A DNA stretch of 64,000 nucleotides from an uncultured bacterium (GTDB lineage: Bacteria; Patescibacteriota; Gracilibacteria; BD1-5; UBA2023): positions 13,315 to 77,314 of the forward strand of contig CAIVSN010000142.1 in NCBI GenBank assembly GCA_903908595.1. The letters are read 5' to 3'. A program made the translations under genes and the position numbers. This document shows, piece after piece, positions 18,289-29,543 of the stretch (the first letter of the stretch is position 1; every line of letters begins with the position of its first letter). Below the pieces are notes generated by a model that saw nothing but the letters and a program-made list of their open reading frames with translations, was not told the DNA's origin and made no database searches.

Positions 18289-21200
18289 CTATCTCGAAAT
18301 CCTTCTGAGCGTGTACTGCTCCAGGTATTTGGAGAGGAGCGGAGGCGGGTTCTTGAACGCCCGGGTAGAGTAATTGATGGTTACCCCGGTAGAGAGCGCC
18401 GTGGAAGCCTCGTTCGCCCGGATGAACGTCCGGCTGTTCACGAGATCCGTCAGGCTCGCATACACGTTTCCATCAACGGAAAGCTGTACGGTGGAAGCGG
18501 CCGAACCGGTCATTTTCCCTTCCAGGGCCATATAGACTCAGGAAATAGTCTTTACTGTGTCCTTGACCTGAACGGAAACCCCGGAATACGTACCGGTAGC
18601 CGATGGCTTCACGATAACGAATGACCAACTCGAATTCGGGTTCGCATACGTGATATCCCCATTGATTATCAGGGTACCTTCCTCGATAATCATAGTTCCG
18701 ATTCCGTCGAGGACAAGATTGCCGTTGATCGTCACGGTTCCGCTTTTGATGGAATAGATATTCGACGCGTCACCCATCTTGGCGAAGTTGGCGAAGTTGA
18801 AATCCCCCATATTGGATACGGTCACGTCAGATGTCGAACCGGCATTGACGCTTCCGACATTTATATCGTCAGCGCTCTGGCTGCCGATGGAACCGGCCGC
18901 TCCCGAAAGGGCTACGGCGGAAGAGCTCGCGCCAGAAGTGACTACGAAGTTGCCGGATTGGATACTGGAGAGAAAGTCTTGGGTAATGGTATTCACGCTG
19001 TAACCGACCTGGGTTCCGATATAGGCGTTTCCTCCGGCGGTATTGCTGACGGCCTGCCGGGAAACCCGGACTTTGATCGGATCCACGAGGTATCCGACCC
19101 CCAGGGTAAAGTTGTTTTGCATTACCGCGGATCCGAAGCTGAGCGGAGGATTGACGTCATCCGAGCTCGAACCGCTCGGAATGGGAGAACTGTCTCCTGA
19201 GAATCTTTTCCCGCTTCCACCGTTAACGGAACTGACGGCTCCTCCGGCCCCGACGGTAAATACGGTTTTGTTATTGGTACAAGATACCACTCAGGAATCG
19301 AATTCCACCGTTCCGGCCCCGATACATTCGTGAGCTCAAAACGCCGTGGTGACCGATCCGTTCGGCTGGATCAACGGGGAAATGTTCGATATTTTCGCAT
19401 CGTGTCCGGCAAGGATGGTAGGGAACGGCGAAGTAATCGCGAAGGAATCGCCATTTTCGAATACCGGCACGTTGTTTCCGACGATCCATTGGTAATTGTT
19501 AATCGGCAATCCCTGCGGACGGGTAGGATTCACGGGATCGTACGAGATGATGAGCGGATTGGACCTCGGGGTGGTCGTAGTAGTGGTATTCAATTGGCAA
19601 TCCGTACAGACGGCATTGTTTATCGGACCGGCGGCGGTGGAACCCGCATCGCACGTTTCGGTGGTTTTCACGACGCAATCGTAATGATCGAATACGCTTA
19701 CGGTTTGCGGAAGCCCGAGTACCATTTGGATTTCGGTGCGGTTGACCGCCGTACAAGACTGGGCTCCGGCAATTGGGACGGGGGAAGAAAACGTCTTCGT
19801 CCAGATATCCACGATTCCGTTTCCGCAATACGGATTGGATCCTCCTCCGCCACCGCCGCAGACTCCGACGCACGGAATATATCCGACGCGCTGGCGACAG
19901 CTTCCCGCATCGATGATACCCGGAGACGCTGACGGAGTTCACTGCGTAGAACCGTTGACGTAACACACGGCAATCGTATTGTTAGCGGTCGAAGTGCTGT
20001 AGCTGCAGATTCCGGTAGGACCGGTGATCGTAGTACCGTTTCCGCAGTCGATGCTGAACGGCGGATTAATACCGGCGGACGCGGTAGCCGTACAGGTCAT
20101 GGCAAGCGAATAGGTTCCATTGATGCTACTTACGGGACTGAACAGCAGGCGTTCGCAGATGGAACCCCCACCTCCGCCTCCGGAAGAAGCGGAAATACTA
20201 ACCTTACAGGAAGCCGGTATGACCGATGCGGCTTCCCCGTTCACGCTACACGAAGCGATGTTGGATCCGAAAGCGGAATAGGTACAAGTACCCGTTCTTC
20301 CGCTGATGGAAGTGCCGTTTCCACAGTCGATGCTGTACGTGGGATTCGCTCCCGCCGCAGCGGTAGCCGCACAGGTCAGAACCGAACTGTAAGGCACGGA
20401 ACTCTGGTTCGTAGTGACGGAAGACGTGAGGGTGCTGCAAAACGAACTCGGACCGGAAGAAGTGAAGCTTGCGGCACATGGTCCACCGACATTGGACGCT
20501 CAACAGGCCCAGGTGTAGGAAGTGGTAGCGGCGACGACGATTCCCGTAAACGAACTGACCGTTACCCCGGAGAGACAGAGTCAAGTGGAAGTGGAAGTGA
20601 GCGGAGCGGGTTGCGGACCGACGGTAGTACCCGGCACGCACGTATTGACGGTGAGGTTCGCGGTACAGAGCCCGCCGACGGCGGAGCCGTTACATCCCCA
20701 GTTATAGGTGGTTACGTTCCCTACTGTGGTCGCGGCGAACCCGTTTACGGTTTGCCCAGCCGGACAGAGCCCGGCGGTGGAAGCGGTCACGGGCGCGGTC
20801 TGCGTCCCGACGGTGGTTCCGGGGGCGCAGGCGGGGGCGGTGGTGGAGTAGTTCGCGGTACAAAGGCCGCCGACGGCGGAGGCTCAGCAGCCCCAGACGT
20901 AGGTGGTGACCGTGCCGACGGTGGAGGCGGCGAACCCGTTTACGGTTTGCCCTGCCGGACAGAGCCCGGCGGTGGAGGCGGTCACGGGAGCCGTCTGGGC
21001 GCCCGTTACGGCTCCCGGAACGCAGGCGGGGCCGGAAGTGTTGTAGCTCGCGGTACAGAGCCCGCCGACGGCGGAGCCGTTACATCCCCAGTTATAGGTG
21101 GTGACGGTGCCGGCGGTAGTCGCGGCGAACCCGTTTACGGTTTGCCCTGCCGGACAGAGCCCGGCGGTGGAGGCGGTCACGGGAGCCGTCTGGGCGCCCG

Positions 21201-23160
21201 TTACGGCTCCCGGAACGCAGGCGGGGCCACTGGTTGTAACGGTGACATTGGCTGGATCGCTATTGTTGTTCCCGTAATTATTGAAAGGATTTTCGTTGAC
21301 GTTCGCTACCGTAGCCAGATTCCGGAAAGATCCGGTGGTCGCGGTGGTCGTCGCGGGAACGGTGATATCCGGGAAATCGGCACCGGAAGAAACCGTACTC
21401 ATGGAAGTACAATTGAAACCCCTTCCGGTTCGGTTGCACGTCCATCCGAGACCGGACGGCGTTCCGACGAAATCGACGCCGTTCGGAGACGGTCCCGAAT
21501 CCGAAACGGTAGTTGCCGTCGAAGCGGCGGCGGCGCCGTTGTTCGTTACCCGAATGATATAGTTGAAAGCGGTATTGATGCGGAAAGCGACGGGATACCC
21601 GTCCTGTGCGTCCTGCGAAAGGTTGTTCACGTACTTTTTGAGCGACAAATCGAAATTGGAAAGCGGGGAAGTATACGTAGCGGAACACGAACCCCCAATG
21701 CCGGAAGTCCCACAGCCCCAGGTATACGAAGTCACGTTCCCGACGGTAGTGGACGCGAAACCGGTGACGGCTTGTCCTGCGGGACAGAGCCCGGCAGTGG
21801 AGGCGGTGATCGGCGAGGACTGCACGCCACTGGTAGATCCCGGAGTACAGGCTCCGGCGCTCGGGGAATACACCGCCTGACAGAGTCAGCCCGGAGTGCT
21901 TCCGTTACACGACCAAGTATATACGACCGTGGTTCCGACCGGGGTCGACACGAAATCCCCGACGGCCTTTCCGGCGGGACAGAGCCCGGCGGTGGAGGCG
22001 GTTACGGGATTCGTTTGGTTTCCCGTCGTGGTTCCCGGAGTACAAGCAACCGGTACCGGGGTCGTAATGATAACGTTGGCCTCGTCGCAGTTGTTCCCTC
22101 CGAAATCATTGAGGCTCGCTTCTTCGTTGTTTCGAACGCAGGAATAGTTCATGAGGGAACTTTCGTACGGAGCCGTGGCCCCGACCTTCGCCTTGACGGT
22201 AATGACCGGGAGATCCTGCCCGGAAGCGAATACGGTATCGGTATAACAGCTAAAACTCGTGCTGGTGGAAGTGCAGGTCCATCCGGATCCGCCAACGGCG
22301 GAAGCAGTTCCCGGATTCTCTATCGTCACTCCGGCAGGGAAGGCTATGTCTGAAACGGTAATTCGCCCACGGGTAGATGCTCCGCCGTTGTTCCGAGCTT
22401 TGAAAGTGTAGTCGATGGATTGTCCACGGGTTACCGTAACGGGAGAACCGTTCTGGGCATCTTGTCATTGCACGTATTTCTTCAGCGAAAGGTCGAAAGC
22501 CGAGACCTTGCAGTTCGCGGGGCACGCGCTGCCGGATACGCCGTTCTGGGCACCGAGATCGCAGTCCTCCCTTGAATCCTTCACCCCGTCGCCGCACCAA
22601 TTGGAGTAATAAAACACGCATTCCGAATGGGATTCCGCAGTAGCGAAAGCCGTTGCGCTCGTGAAATACGTCGCATTGTAAATGAGCTTGAAACTCGGGG
22701 TCGTCCGGCTTCCCCCCGTATTCGGACCGGAAACGAACTGGAGCCCCGTCCCAGGTGCGGATTGTACGTATTTGCTCGCGGTTTGACCCGGAGTGAGAGC
22801 GATATACCAACCCTTGGTCGGGGAATACGAGGAGAACAGGGAACTGTTCAGTTTCCACATGTTCGCGGATTCCGCCCAAGAAAACCCGGTCTGGACGTAT
22901 TCGGTCTTCACCGTTCCGGGATTGTTCGCGAAAATGGCCGTATTTACCGATCCGGCCGTGAAGTCGTCGTACAGGTTGCCGACGTATTGCCCCTGGTAGA
23001 GGGTGTCTCACTGGAAACATTGGTTGCACGAGGATCCGGCGCTTCAAAAGGTCGAACACGACACTTCCGGATATCCGGCTCAGGCGAACGCCGAGGAGGA
23101 AGCGAACGCGCTAGCGAGAAGGAAAGCAAGGCGAAATACGAAGAGAGGGGAGGTTTTCAT
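18289..23160 (-). CDS. Giant secreted Cys-rich surface protein with DUF11-like domains, ~1623 aa
   Basis: Eight same-frame fragments separated only by TGA. Signal peptide, 'WCGDGVKDSREDCDLG' Cys repeat, two 'FDLSLKKYV' DUF11-like domains, 65-aa repeats. Confidence 0.82.
20640..21228 (-). repeat. Intragenic tandem repeat, 195-bp (65-aa) period
   Basis: CGCAG anchors at 20826/21021/21216; unit 'TASTAGLCPAGQTVNGFAATT..TTYNWGC'; diverged copies near 20460-20640 and 21690-22050. Confidence 0.85.
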
Positions 23161-23170
23161 ATGGGGCGGG

Positions 23171-23446
23171 TTATTTAATATCGAGTTGGTTGTTGATGGA
23201 ATTCCGAGAATCCGGAGCGTCTACCAACAGTGGAATTTTTACGTTTTCGCCAGCCGGTTCAGAGGGCGTTACGATGCTTCATTCCGTCACGATATTGTTC
23301 GTCTTCGGCGGGTTTTGAAGCGTCTTCGGCGGGTTCTGAAGGGTTTTCGCCCCCTGATCGGCTTTGGGTTCCCGGGGAGGGGCCTTGCCGAAAGAGCAGG
23401 AGACGAGCAATGAAGCAATACACAGCGAAATGATAATTTTTTTCAT
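23171..23446 (-). CDS. Small lipoprotein, 91 aa
   Basis: MKKIIISLCIASLLVS|C lipobox, duplicated 'KTLQNPP', one TGA; absent from the ORF track. Confidence 0.7.
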
Positions 23447-23519
23447 AGTTATATATGTAATTTCATAATATGCAATACATTCGAAAAACCTAACCGGGAA
23501 TATTTGCTACCTTCGAAAA

Positions 23520-26500
23520 CTAGCCGACGCCGAAAGGATCCGTAGCCGGATTCACCGGAGTACCGCCCGACCCCGGGGTCGGGGTGACGATCGGCTGGTC
23601 GAGCGTCGGAGTGCTCGTCCCACCTCCGGGACCGATTGGGGTCACGGGAGTGCCAACCGGGCCGTCGAAGACCTCGCCACCCGGCTGGGTCGTGGGATCG
23701 GTCGGCGTTACCGGATCGGTGGGCTTCTCTATGGTAACTTTCTCCTCAACGACCGTAGTGACTTTCGGATTCGTCTCCGTTTTCTCTTCGGTACTGCGCG
23801 ATGCGGTTTCGACGACTTTGGTTACCGCCCGGTTGATCACCGTTTCCGTCACGATCTGGGACAAATTGAGTCCGAAGGTACCGGATCCTACCCCGCCGGT
23901 TCCATCATACCGGTCACTGGCGGTAACGAGCGATCCGGTCGGAGTGAGATCCGAGATCGGGGTCGAGGTCTCGACGGTCCGGCCCTTCACGGTAACCAGC
24001 GGGAACGCGAGAGCGAAAACGTCGTTGAAGCAGGTGGCTCCCGGAAGCGCGGCCCGGGTAGCGAGGAATTTCGGACGGATTGCAAGATCGAGAAGTCCTT
24101 CGTACCGCTTCGGCATGGTGCCGTTCAGGAGGTATTCGCGGTATTCTTCGGGTTTCAATTCGGTAAGATTGGCCCTTTTCAAGACCTCGTTCGCGAGATT
24201 GAGATTTTTCGCGAACGCTCCGGAATCCTCGGCATTCTTCAATATCATAGCCTTCATTTGCGGGCTGTCTACCGGGATAGCCGCTGCCATGACCTGCATG
24301 TCGCCGGAGAACCGGAACAGGCCGCCGAGCGTGCGCTGCTGTTTTTTCCCACCCACCGATCCGACCTGAGAAAAGCTCACGGTTCCCGCGATGTCCCGAT
24401 ACCCCGCACCGACGAGGCTGGAAAGGGGGGCGAGCGCTACCTTGTCGGTAGGGCTTCCCGTTTGGTTCAACCCCGACTGGATTTTGGCGTATTCGGCAAC
24501 GGCGACTGCGTCCGAAGCGGGAATCGACAAGAGCTTGCGGAACGCGGATTCGTTCTTCTTCTGTTCGGCAACCATCTGGGCATTCGTCACGTTGCTGTCT
24601 TCCCGCGTTTTCCGGCTGCCGGAAGTCACGAGGAGGAGATGGTCCAAGAACGACTTGAGGTGCCCGGTGGTATCCGGAATCTTGGTGACCTTGTCGGAGA
24701 TGAATTTCAATGGCGCTCCGCCCTTCGCGAGCTCCGCCTTCGCTTCGGCGTACTTGCCCGCGATAATCAGGTTGAGCGCGGCGACCATGTGGCCGTTCGA
24801 TCGGGAAAGACCGTAAATCTTCGATCGTTCGGCATCGGAAAAGGTATTTCGATCATAAATATTCCTCAGTTCGACGGCTTCTTCGGGCGTTGCGGGAATG
24901 ACCGTGGAGTCTCTCGCCGCCTCCGACGCCGCCGGAACCTGGTCGATGACGATGCCCATGGTAACGATGCCTTCCCCGGTTCGGGATTCTACCTGCTGGA
25001 ACCGGATCCGGTTGCCCGCTGTGGGCACGACTTCGGAGCTGCCGTTCGCGGACGGCTTCGCGACCAATCCGGATTGGAGCGACACGTGCCCGTTTTCAAG
25101 CGCGGCGGTGTCAATGAGTATCGAACCGCTTGTTCCCATCTTCAATTCCGGAATGTCTTCGATTTTCAGCTGCTTCTGGGTAAGCCTCGCTTCGAAACCG
25201 TCCTTTCCGGTTTTGGTCGCGTACCCCGCGACGTTCTGGACATTGAGCCCGAGGAATACCGCGGCAATCCCCGGAACGAACGTCACGTTCAGTCCCGCCA
25301 GATGGAAGCCCTTGTTGCTCGCGAGCAACGCGTCCCGATAGGCGCTTTTGTACTGCGTCATGGAATTCTTGATAAGGAGCTTCCGCGCGATGGCATCGGT
25401 TTCGGGGATGCTGGCGATGGCCGCCCGGGTATCCTTGAGGAATTTTCGCATCAGCGCGATTTCGCTCAGCAGATTGATATCTTTGGGATCTTTCTTGTTC
25501 GCCTGTCCTTCCAGGTCTGCAAGAATTTTTTCCAGTTCGGCCACGTTCAGCTGCCCGCGGTCGTCGATATCGATTTTCTCCAAGAGGTTTTCCAATCGCA
25601 CTTCCTGCTTCTCGATCGCGTTCGCCACGTCGTTCGGATTGAAATCGAATCCGAGCGAAGGGATAGTATCGCCATTTCCCCGGAGTTCCTTGGAAAGGCC
25701 CAATCTCGCTCCGAAAACGTAATTCCCTTCGAGCTTGCCGGACTGCAGCCGGGCATTTTCGTTCGCTACGGTAAAATTCCCGGACACGGATGCCGTAATC
25801 GGGAAAATGATCCCGTCCACCCCGGCCACGGCGCTTGCCGCGACTCCGGCCTGGGCATTGAACCGTTCGGTCTTGACGCCGACGATGTCCTGATGGAGCC
25901 CGATAACGAGCGTCGGTTGGATTTTGGTTTCGCGGGACTTTTCGGTAGTCGTAGTGGAACCCTTGTCCGTTTGGGAAACGGAGGTCGAATCGGAAGAAGA
26001 AACCCTGGTGCTGCTGGAAGTCTGGCTTCCGCCATTGGTTTCGTTAACGGTTCGGGAAATCTCGGTGCCGGCGGAATTCTGGACGATATGGATGTTCCGA
26101 ATGATGGTATTGACCGTGTTGGTGTCGGTCGTCGTGGTTCTGGTAGTAAGGGTATTGGTGTTGGATTCGACAAGATTCGTGGTCGTGTTGGTCACCTGCT
26201 CCGTAACGGCCCCGTTCACTCCGACGGACGCGAATACCTGGGGATTGATCTCGTACACCCGGATCGCCGTCTGGTCGAGCAGGGTCTTCATGCTGCTGGA
26301 GTCGAGTTCCGGGAGCCCGGCTCCGGTAAGCTTGGCCTGGACTTTGCCGACCATGCCTTCCTGGGAGAGCTTCTCGCGGATCGCCCGGATCTGCCGAGCC
26401 TGTTCCTTGGCCTTTTCCGTTTGGTAGTTCTGGATATCCCCGGCAGCGTCGATTTTTCCGGCTACCGTGGTATTGGATCGTTCGACTTCGAGCAAAAATG

Positions 26501-27623
26501 CCCGTTGGAACGCTTCGATGAGGGATCCTCGAGTTGATTCGTCCTTCCATGAAGCCTCGACTTCCACGGGGGTTTTCCCGATTTTTTTGGAAATGAGGAC
26601 ATAGACGTCCTTTTCGGAACGGATCTGGGGAGCGAGCGCCTGGTAGGCCATGAGTTCCGGAGCGACCCGGAGCTGGGTATCCTTCCCGAGGCCGAACATC
26701 TTTTGGAATCCCGCAATCAGGACGTTCGAGCTGCGTTCCTTCTCATTGAAAGAAGTCAGCGTTCCGTCCCTGTTGAAGTCGAGGAGCCGGGCAAGCATCT
26801 GTTTGCCGTCGATCGTCGGGTTTTCCGAAATGGGTACGGCACGCTGGATCTTGGTACGGGCGGAGAGGTTTTTGGATAGCTTTTCGTCTTTCAGCGCATC
26901 GCGCAATTCGAGGATCGCGAGGAGTTCCAGGGTGGAATAGTTATTTTCCCTGTTTCCGAAACGGCTCTTGCCCACGTATCCGTTGGCATCGAGCAACCTC
27001 GTAAGTGGCGACTCTTTGCTGGCATCGGGGAAATACGCGTCGTTGGTGGAAAAAATCTCGAACTTCGCCCGGTTTTTCAGAAGGATATCCAGCGCGTCGT
27101 TAAAATTGATCCGGTCGTCGAACCTGGCCCGGAGCTGGGTCACCATGGCTTCGGTTTCGCTGACGGAAACTTTGAGATCGGCCGATTGCGGAGGGGCTTC
27201 CGCCACGATGGCTTTGGCATCGGCGGCCTTTTGCCGTTGGATCGGAGCGGCTTCGGCACGTACAGTCTGAAGGGCGGCGGCGGCTTTGGAATCCCCGGTC
27301 GATGCGGCCTTCGTCGCGCCGGCCTGCAAGTTGGCCGTTCTCTTTTGGGCGACAGCCGCTATCTGCCGGCGGGCCGCGCTTTCGAACGCGGCTGCCTGCT
27401 CTTTCAGGTAATCGCCCAGAAGCTGGTTCGTTACTTCCGCATTGGAAGCGACCCTGGCGAGCATGGCTTTCTGGTCGGCCAATCTCGCGGCAATAGCATC
27501 GAAGTCCTCTTGGGAAATCTTCAATTTGTCCTGCTTGAGACGCTGTTCGAACTCGTCAAGCGTCGTCGGGTTGATGTCGGGCGTCTGAGATTTGATCTCG
27601 AGAGTGGGAGTAGATTTTGTCAT
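23520..27623 (-). CDS. Large hypothetical protein, 1367 aa
   Basis: Uninterrupted ORF; helical N-terminus, Thr-rich segment, Pro/Thr-rich tail, no obvious signal peptide. Confidence 0.85.
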   Translation of the reverse strand: MTKSTPTLEIKSQTPDINPTTLDEFEQRLKQDKLKISQEDFDAIAARLADQKAMLARVASNAEVTNQLLGDYLKEQAAAFESAARRQIAAVAQKRTANLQAGATKAASTGDSKAAAALQTVRAEAAPIQRQKAADAKAIVAEAPPQSADLKVSVSETEAMVTQLRARFDDRINFNDALDILLKNRAKFEIFSTNDAYFPDASKESPLTRLLDANGYVGKSRFGNRENNYSTLELLAILELRDALKDEKLSKNLSARTKIQRAVPISENPTIDGKQMLARLLDFNRDGTLTSFNEKERSSNVLIAGFQKMFGLGKDTQLRVAPELMAYQALAPQIRSEKDVYVLISKKIGKTPVEVEASWKDESTRGSLIEAFQRAFLLEVERSNTTVAGKIDAAGDIQNYQTEKAKEQARQIRAIREKLSQEGMVGKVQAKLTGAGLPELDSSSMKTLLDQTAIRVYEINPQVFASVGVNGAVTEQVTNTTTNLVESNTNTLTTRTTTTDTNTVNTIIRNIHIVQNSAGTEISRTVNETNGGSQTSSSTRVSSSDSTSVSQTDKGSTTTTEKSRETKIQPTLVIGLHQDIVGVKTERFNAQAGVAASAVAGVDGIIFPITASVSGNFTVANENARLQSGKLEGNYVFGARLGLSKELRGNGDTIPSLGFDFNPNDVANAIEKQEVRLENLLEKIDIDDRGQLNVAELEKILADLEGQANKKDPKDINLLSEIALMRKFLKDTRAAIASIPETDAIARKLLIKNSMTQYKSAYRDALLASNKGFHLAGLNVTFVPGIAAVFLGLNVQNVAGYATKTGKDGFEARLTQKQLKIEDIPELKMGTSGSILIDTAALENGHVSLQSGLVAKPSANGSSEVVPTAGNRIRFQQVESRTGEGIVTMGIVIDQVPAASEAARDSTVIPATPEEAVELRNIYDRNTFSDAERSKIYGLSRSNGHMVAALNLIIAGKYAEAKAELAKGGAPLKFISDKVTKIPDTTGHLKSFLDHLLLVTSGSRKTREDSNVTNAQMVAEQKKNESAFRKLLSIPASDAVAVAEYAKIQSGLNQTGSPTDKVALAPLSSLVGAGYRDIAGTVSFSQVGSVGGKKQQRTLGGLFRFSGDMQVMAAAIPVDSPQMKAMILKNAEDSGAFAKNLNLANEVLKRANLTELKPEEYREYLLNGTMPKRYEGLLDLAIRPKFLATRAALPGATCFNDVFALAFPLVTVKGRTVETSTPISDLTPTGSLVTASDRYDGTGGVGSGTFGLNLSQIVTETVINRAVTKVVETASRSTEEKTETNPKVTTVVEEKVTIEKPTDPVTPTDPTTQPGGEVFDGPVGTPVTPIGPGGGTSTPTLDQPIVTPTPGSGGTPVNPATDPFGVG

Positions 27624-27684
27624 AAAAAAAGTGGATTACCCCCACACCTTGCCACATATGCGAAAAAAATGCAAAAAAAGCGGA

Positions 27685-27850
27685 TATATCCAACGGGAAT
27701 TGGTTTTCGGTATTTTACGGCCACAGATTCGGAATAGATTTTATTTTTCTTCTTTCGGGAGCTTATCGGGAATAAGTGACCGAAGAAAAAAATAAAAGAT
27801 GTCCGAAGATGTGGCTGGAAAAACCGGGAAACCAATTCCCGTTGGGTATA
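27685..27850 (+). mobile_element. MITE-like element family A, copy 1
   Basis: ~162 bp, TIR TA(C/T)CCAACGGGAATTGGTTT...AAACCAATTCCCGTTGGGTA, flanked by TA. Confidence 0.8.
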
Positions 27851-27961
27851 TATTGTCAGGTTCAAAAAAACTCCCGGGAGGACCGGGAGTTTTCTTGTGA
27901 TACAATCGATTCAAGGAATCCTGGAGAGGAGTCCGCGTTTTCTTATGATATAATCTACTCT

Positions 27962-28084
27962 GGAAACCTTGGAAAAACGATGGAATCCGAAGTCTATTTC
28001 GAGCACCGTAGCGAGGCGTGGCAGCGCCACGTTGAGCGAGGAGCGCAGAAATAGACAAGGAGTTCACGTTTTGCCAGGGTTTCC
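27962..28084 (+). repeat. Inverted-repeat element family B, copy 1
   Basis: GGAAACCTTGG-AAAACG...CGTTTT-CCAGGGTTTCC termini; core 'AATCCGAAG...TTCGAG.ACCGTAGCGAGGCG'. Confidence 0.75.
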
Positions 28085-28860
28085 TACACGGATTTCCGCT
28101 TTCTCGCGAACATGAACGCAAGCGCGAGGAGCATGGCGAGCCCCATGAAAAGAAGGGTGTCGGCAGCTCCGGTCTTGACCTTGGTAGCTCCGGTAGGAAC
28201 CGGGGTGGTTGTCGGAGGCGTCGGGGGAGTCGTGGGCGTTACCGGAATGACGGCAGCGGCCGTAGCAACGCTCGCCTTAAACGCGGCACATTCCAAATGG
28301 CTTACAAGGGCACCTGCTTTCCCGGTGGTTTCGCTTACGGTATGGTAATTCACTGGGAATTTCACGAGACCGACGTATTCTCCGTTTTTCTTGTCGGAAC
28401 GTTCGAGCTGGTAATTGGCACCGAGAGAAGCTTCGAGGACCGTTACCTTTTTACCGGGCTTCAGGCTGAACACGTCACGCTTCGTTCCGCTTCCCGTCTC
28501 GGGAGTAAAAATAACCTCGGCTCCCGTCTTCCAAAAATCGGTATCCTTGGTCGGATTGTTGAGCCATGCGGTACCGTTTCCCCCGATGTTGACCATGGCG
28601 GGGTACGTGATTTCGTCCTTGTACAGGACCACTTCTCAGGAAGTCGCATTGGTCCAAGAATCGGAGAGTCCGGTAATTTTGTCTCCCGCCTTGAGGGAAC
28701 CGCCCTCGAAACATTCGGTATTTGCGGAAGTGGCGCACCCGTTGCCCGAGAATATCGGAAGGGAACAATCGGTTTTTTTGAAATCACCCATGGTGATCGC
28801 GTAGGCCGAACTGCTGACGCCAAGCATAGCGACGGCCAATAATGAGAGAATCAGTTTCAT
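28084..28860 (-). CDS. Secreted protein with sortase-type C-terminal anchor, 258 aa
   Basis: Signal peptide, Pro/Thr linker, 'VKTG' + TM + RKRK tail; one TGA. Confidence 0.75.
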
Positions 28861-28992
28861 AAAAAGGAGGTTGGGGAAATAATGTCCATGCGATGATAGG
28901 CTCCGCAAAGTTTTTGTCAAAAAATAAATTGCAAAGTCTTCGCATCCTCCCTATACTACACTCACTAATTTTCTAAGTTTTTGACAAAAAAT

Positions 28993-29538
28993 ATGTTAGA
29001 CTTTTTAACAGCCGATCTTCAAAAGGCCGAAGACCACCTGAAAAACGAATTCGCGAAACTCCAGGTCGGAAGGGCGAATCCGGCCCTTGTGGAAGGGATT
29101 ACCATTTCGGTTTACGGATCGTTCCAACCGCTCAGGAACGTCGCGAGCGTTTCGATCATGGATTCCCAGACCATTTCGATCCAACCGTGGGACAAATCGC
29201 TCATACGGGATATCGACCGAGCCATTACCGATGCCAGTCTTGGGCTCAATCCCCAGAACAACGGCGAGTCCATCACGATCAAGGTTCCGACCCTCACCGA
29301 AGAACGGCGGAAGGATCTCGTAAAACTCGCGAAGAAACTCGCGGAAGACGGGAAAGTCGCCGTCCGCAATATCCGGGCCGATGCCATGAAAAAAATCAAA
29401 AACGCCGAATCCGGCAAGGAAATCGGGGAAGATATCGCCAAGGGGTACGAAACGGACCTCCAAAAACGAGTCGGCAAAGAGATTGAGAAAATCGAGGAAA
29501 TCCTCGCGAAAAAAGAAGCGGACATTATGAAAGTTTAG
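28993..29538 (+). CDS. frr: Ribosome recycling factor
   Basis: 'GRANPALVE', 'IQPWDK', 'LGLNPQN', 'LTEERRKDLVK', 'AVRNIR'. Confidence 0.96.
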   Translation: MLDFLTADLQKAEDHLKNEFAKLQVGRANPALVEGITISVYGSFQPLRNVASVSIMDSQTISIQPWDKSLIRDIDRAITDASLGLNPQNNGESITIKVPTLTEERRKDLVKLAKKLAEDGKVAVRNIRADAMKKIKNAESGKEIGEDIAKGYETDLQKRVGKEIEKIEEILAKKEADIMKV

Positions 29539-29543
29539 CGGAT

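Noticed and set aside
20640-21228. Diversity-generating retroelement TR/VR pair
   Set aside because: The repeats are tandem coding units, I saw no adenine-specific mismatch pattern, and there is no reverse transcriptase in the window
23520-27623. Absence of TGA as evidence of a foreign code-11 gene
   Set aside because: Host core genes here have only 0-2 TGA each, so zero is weak evidence
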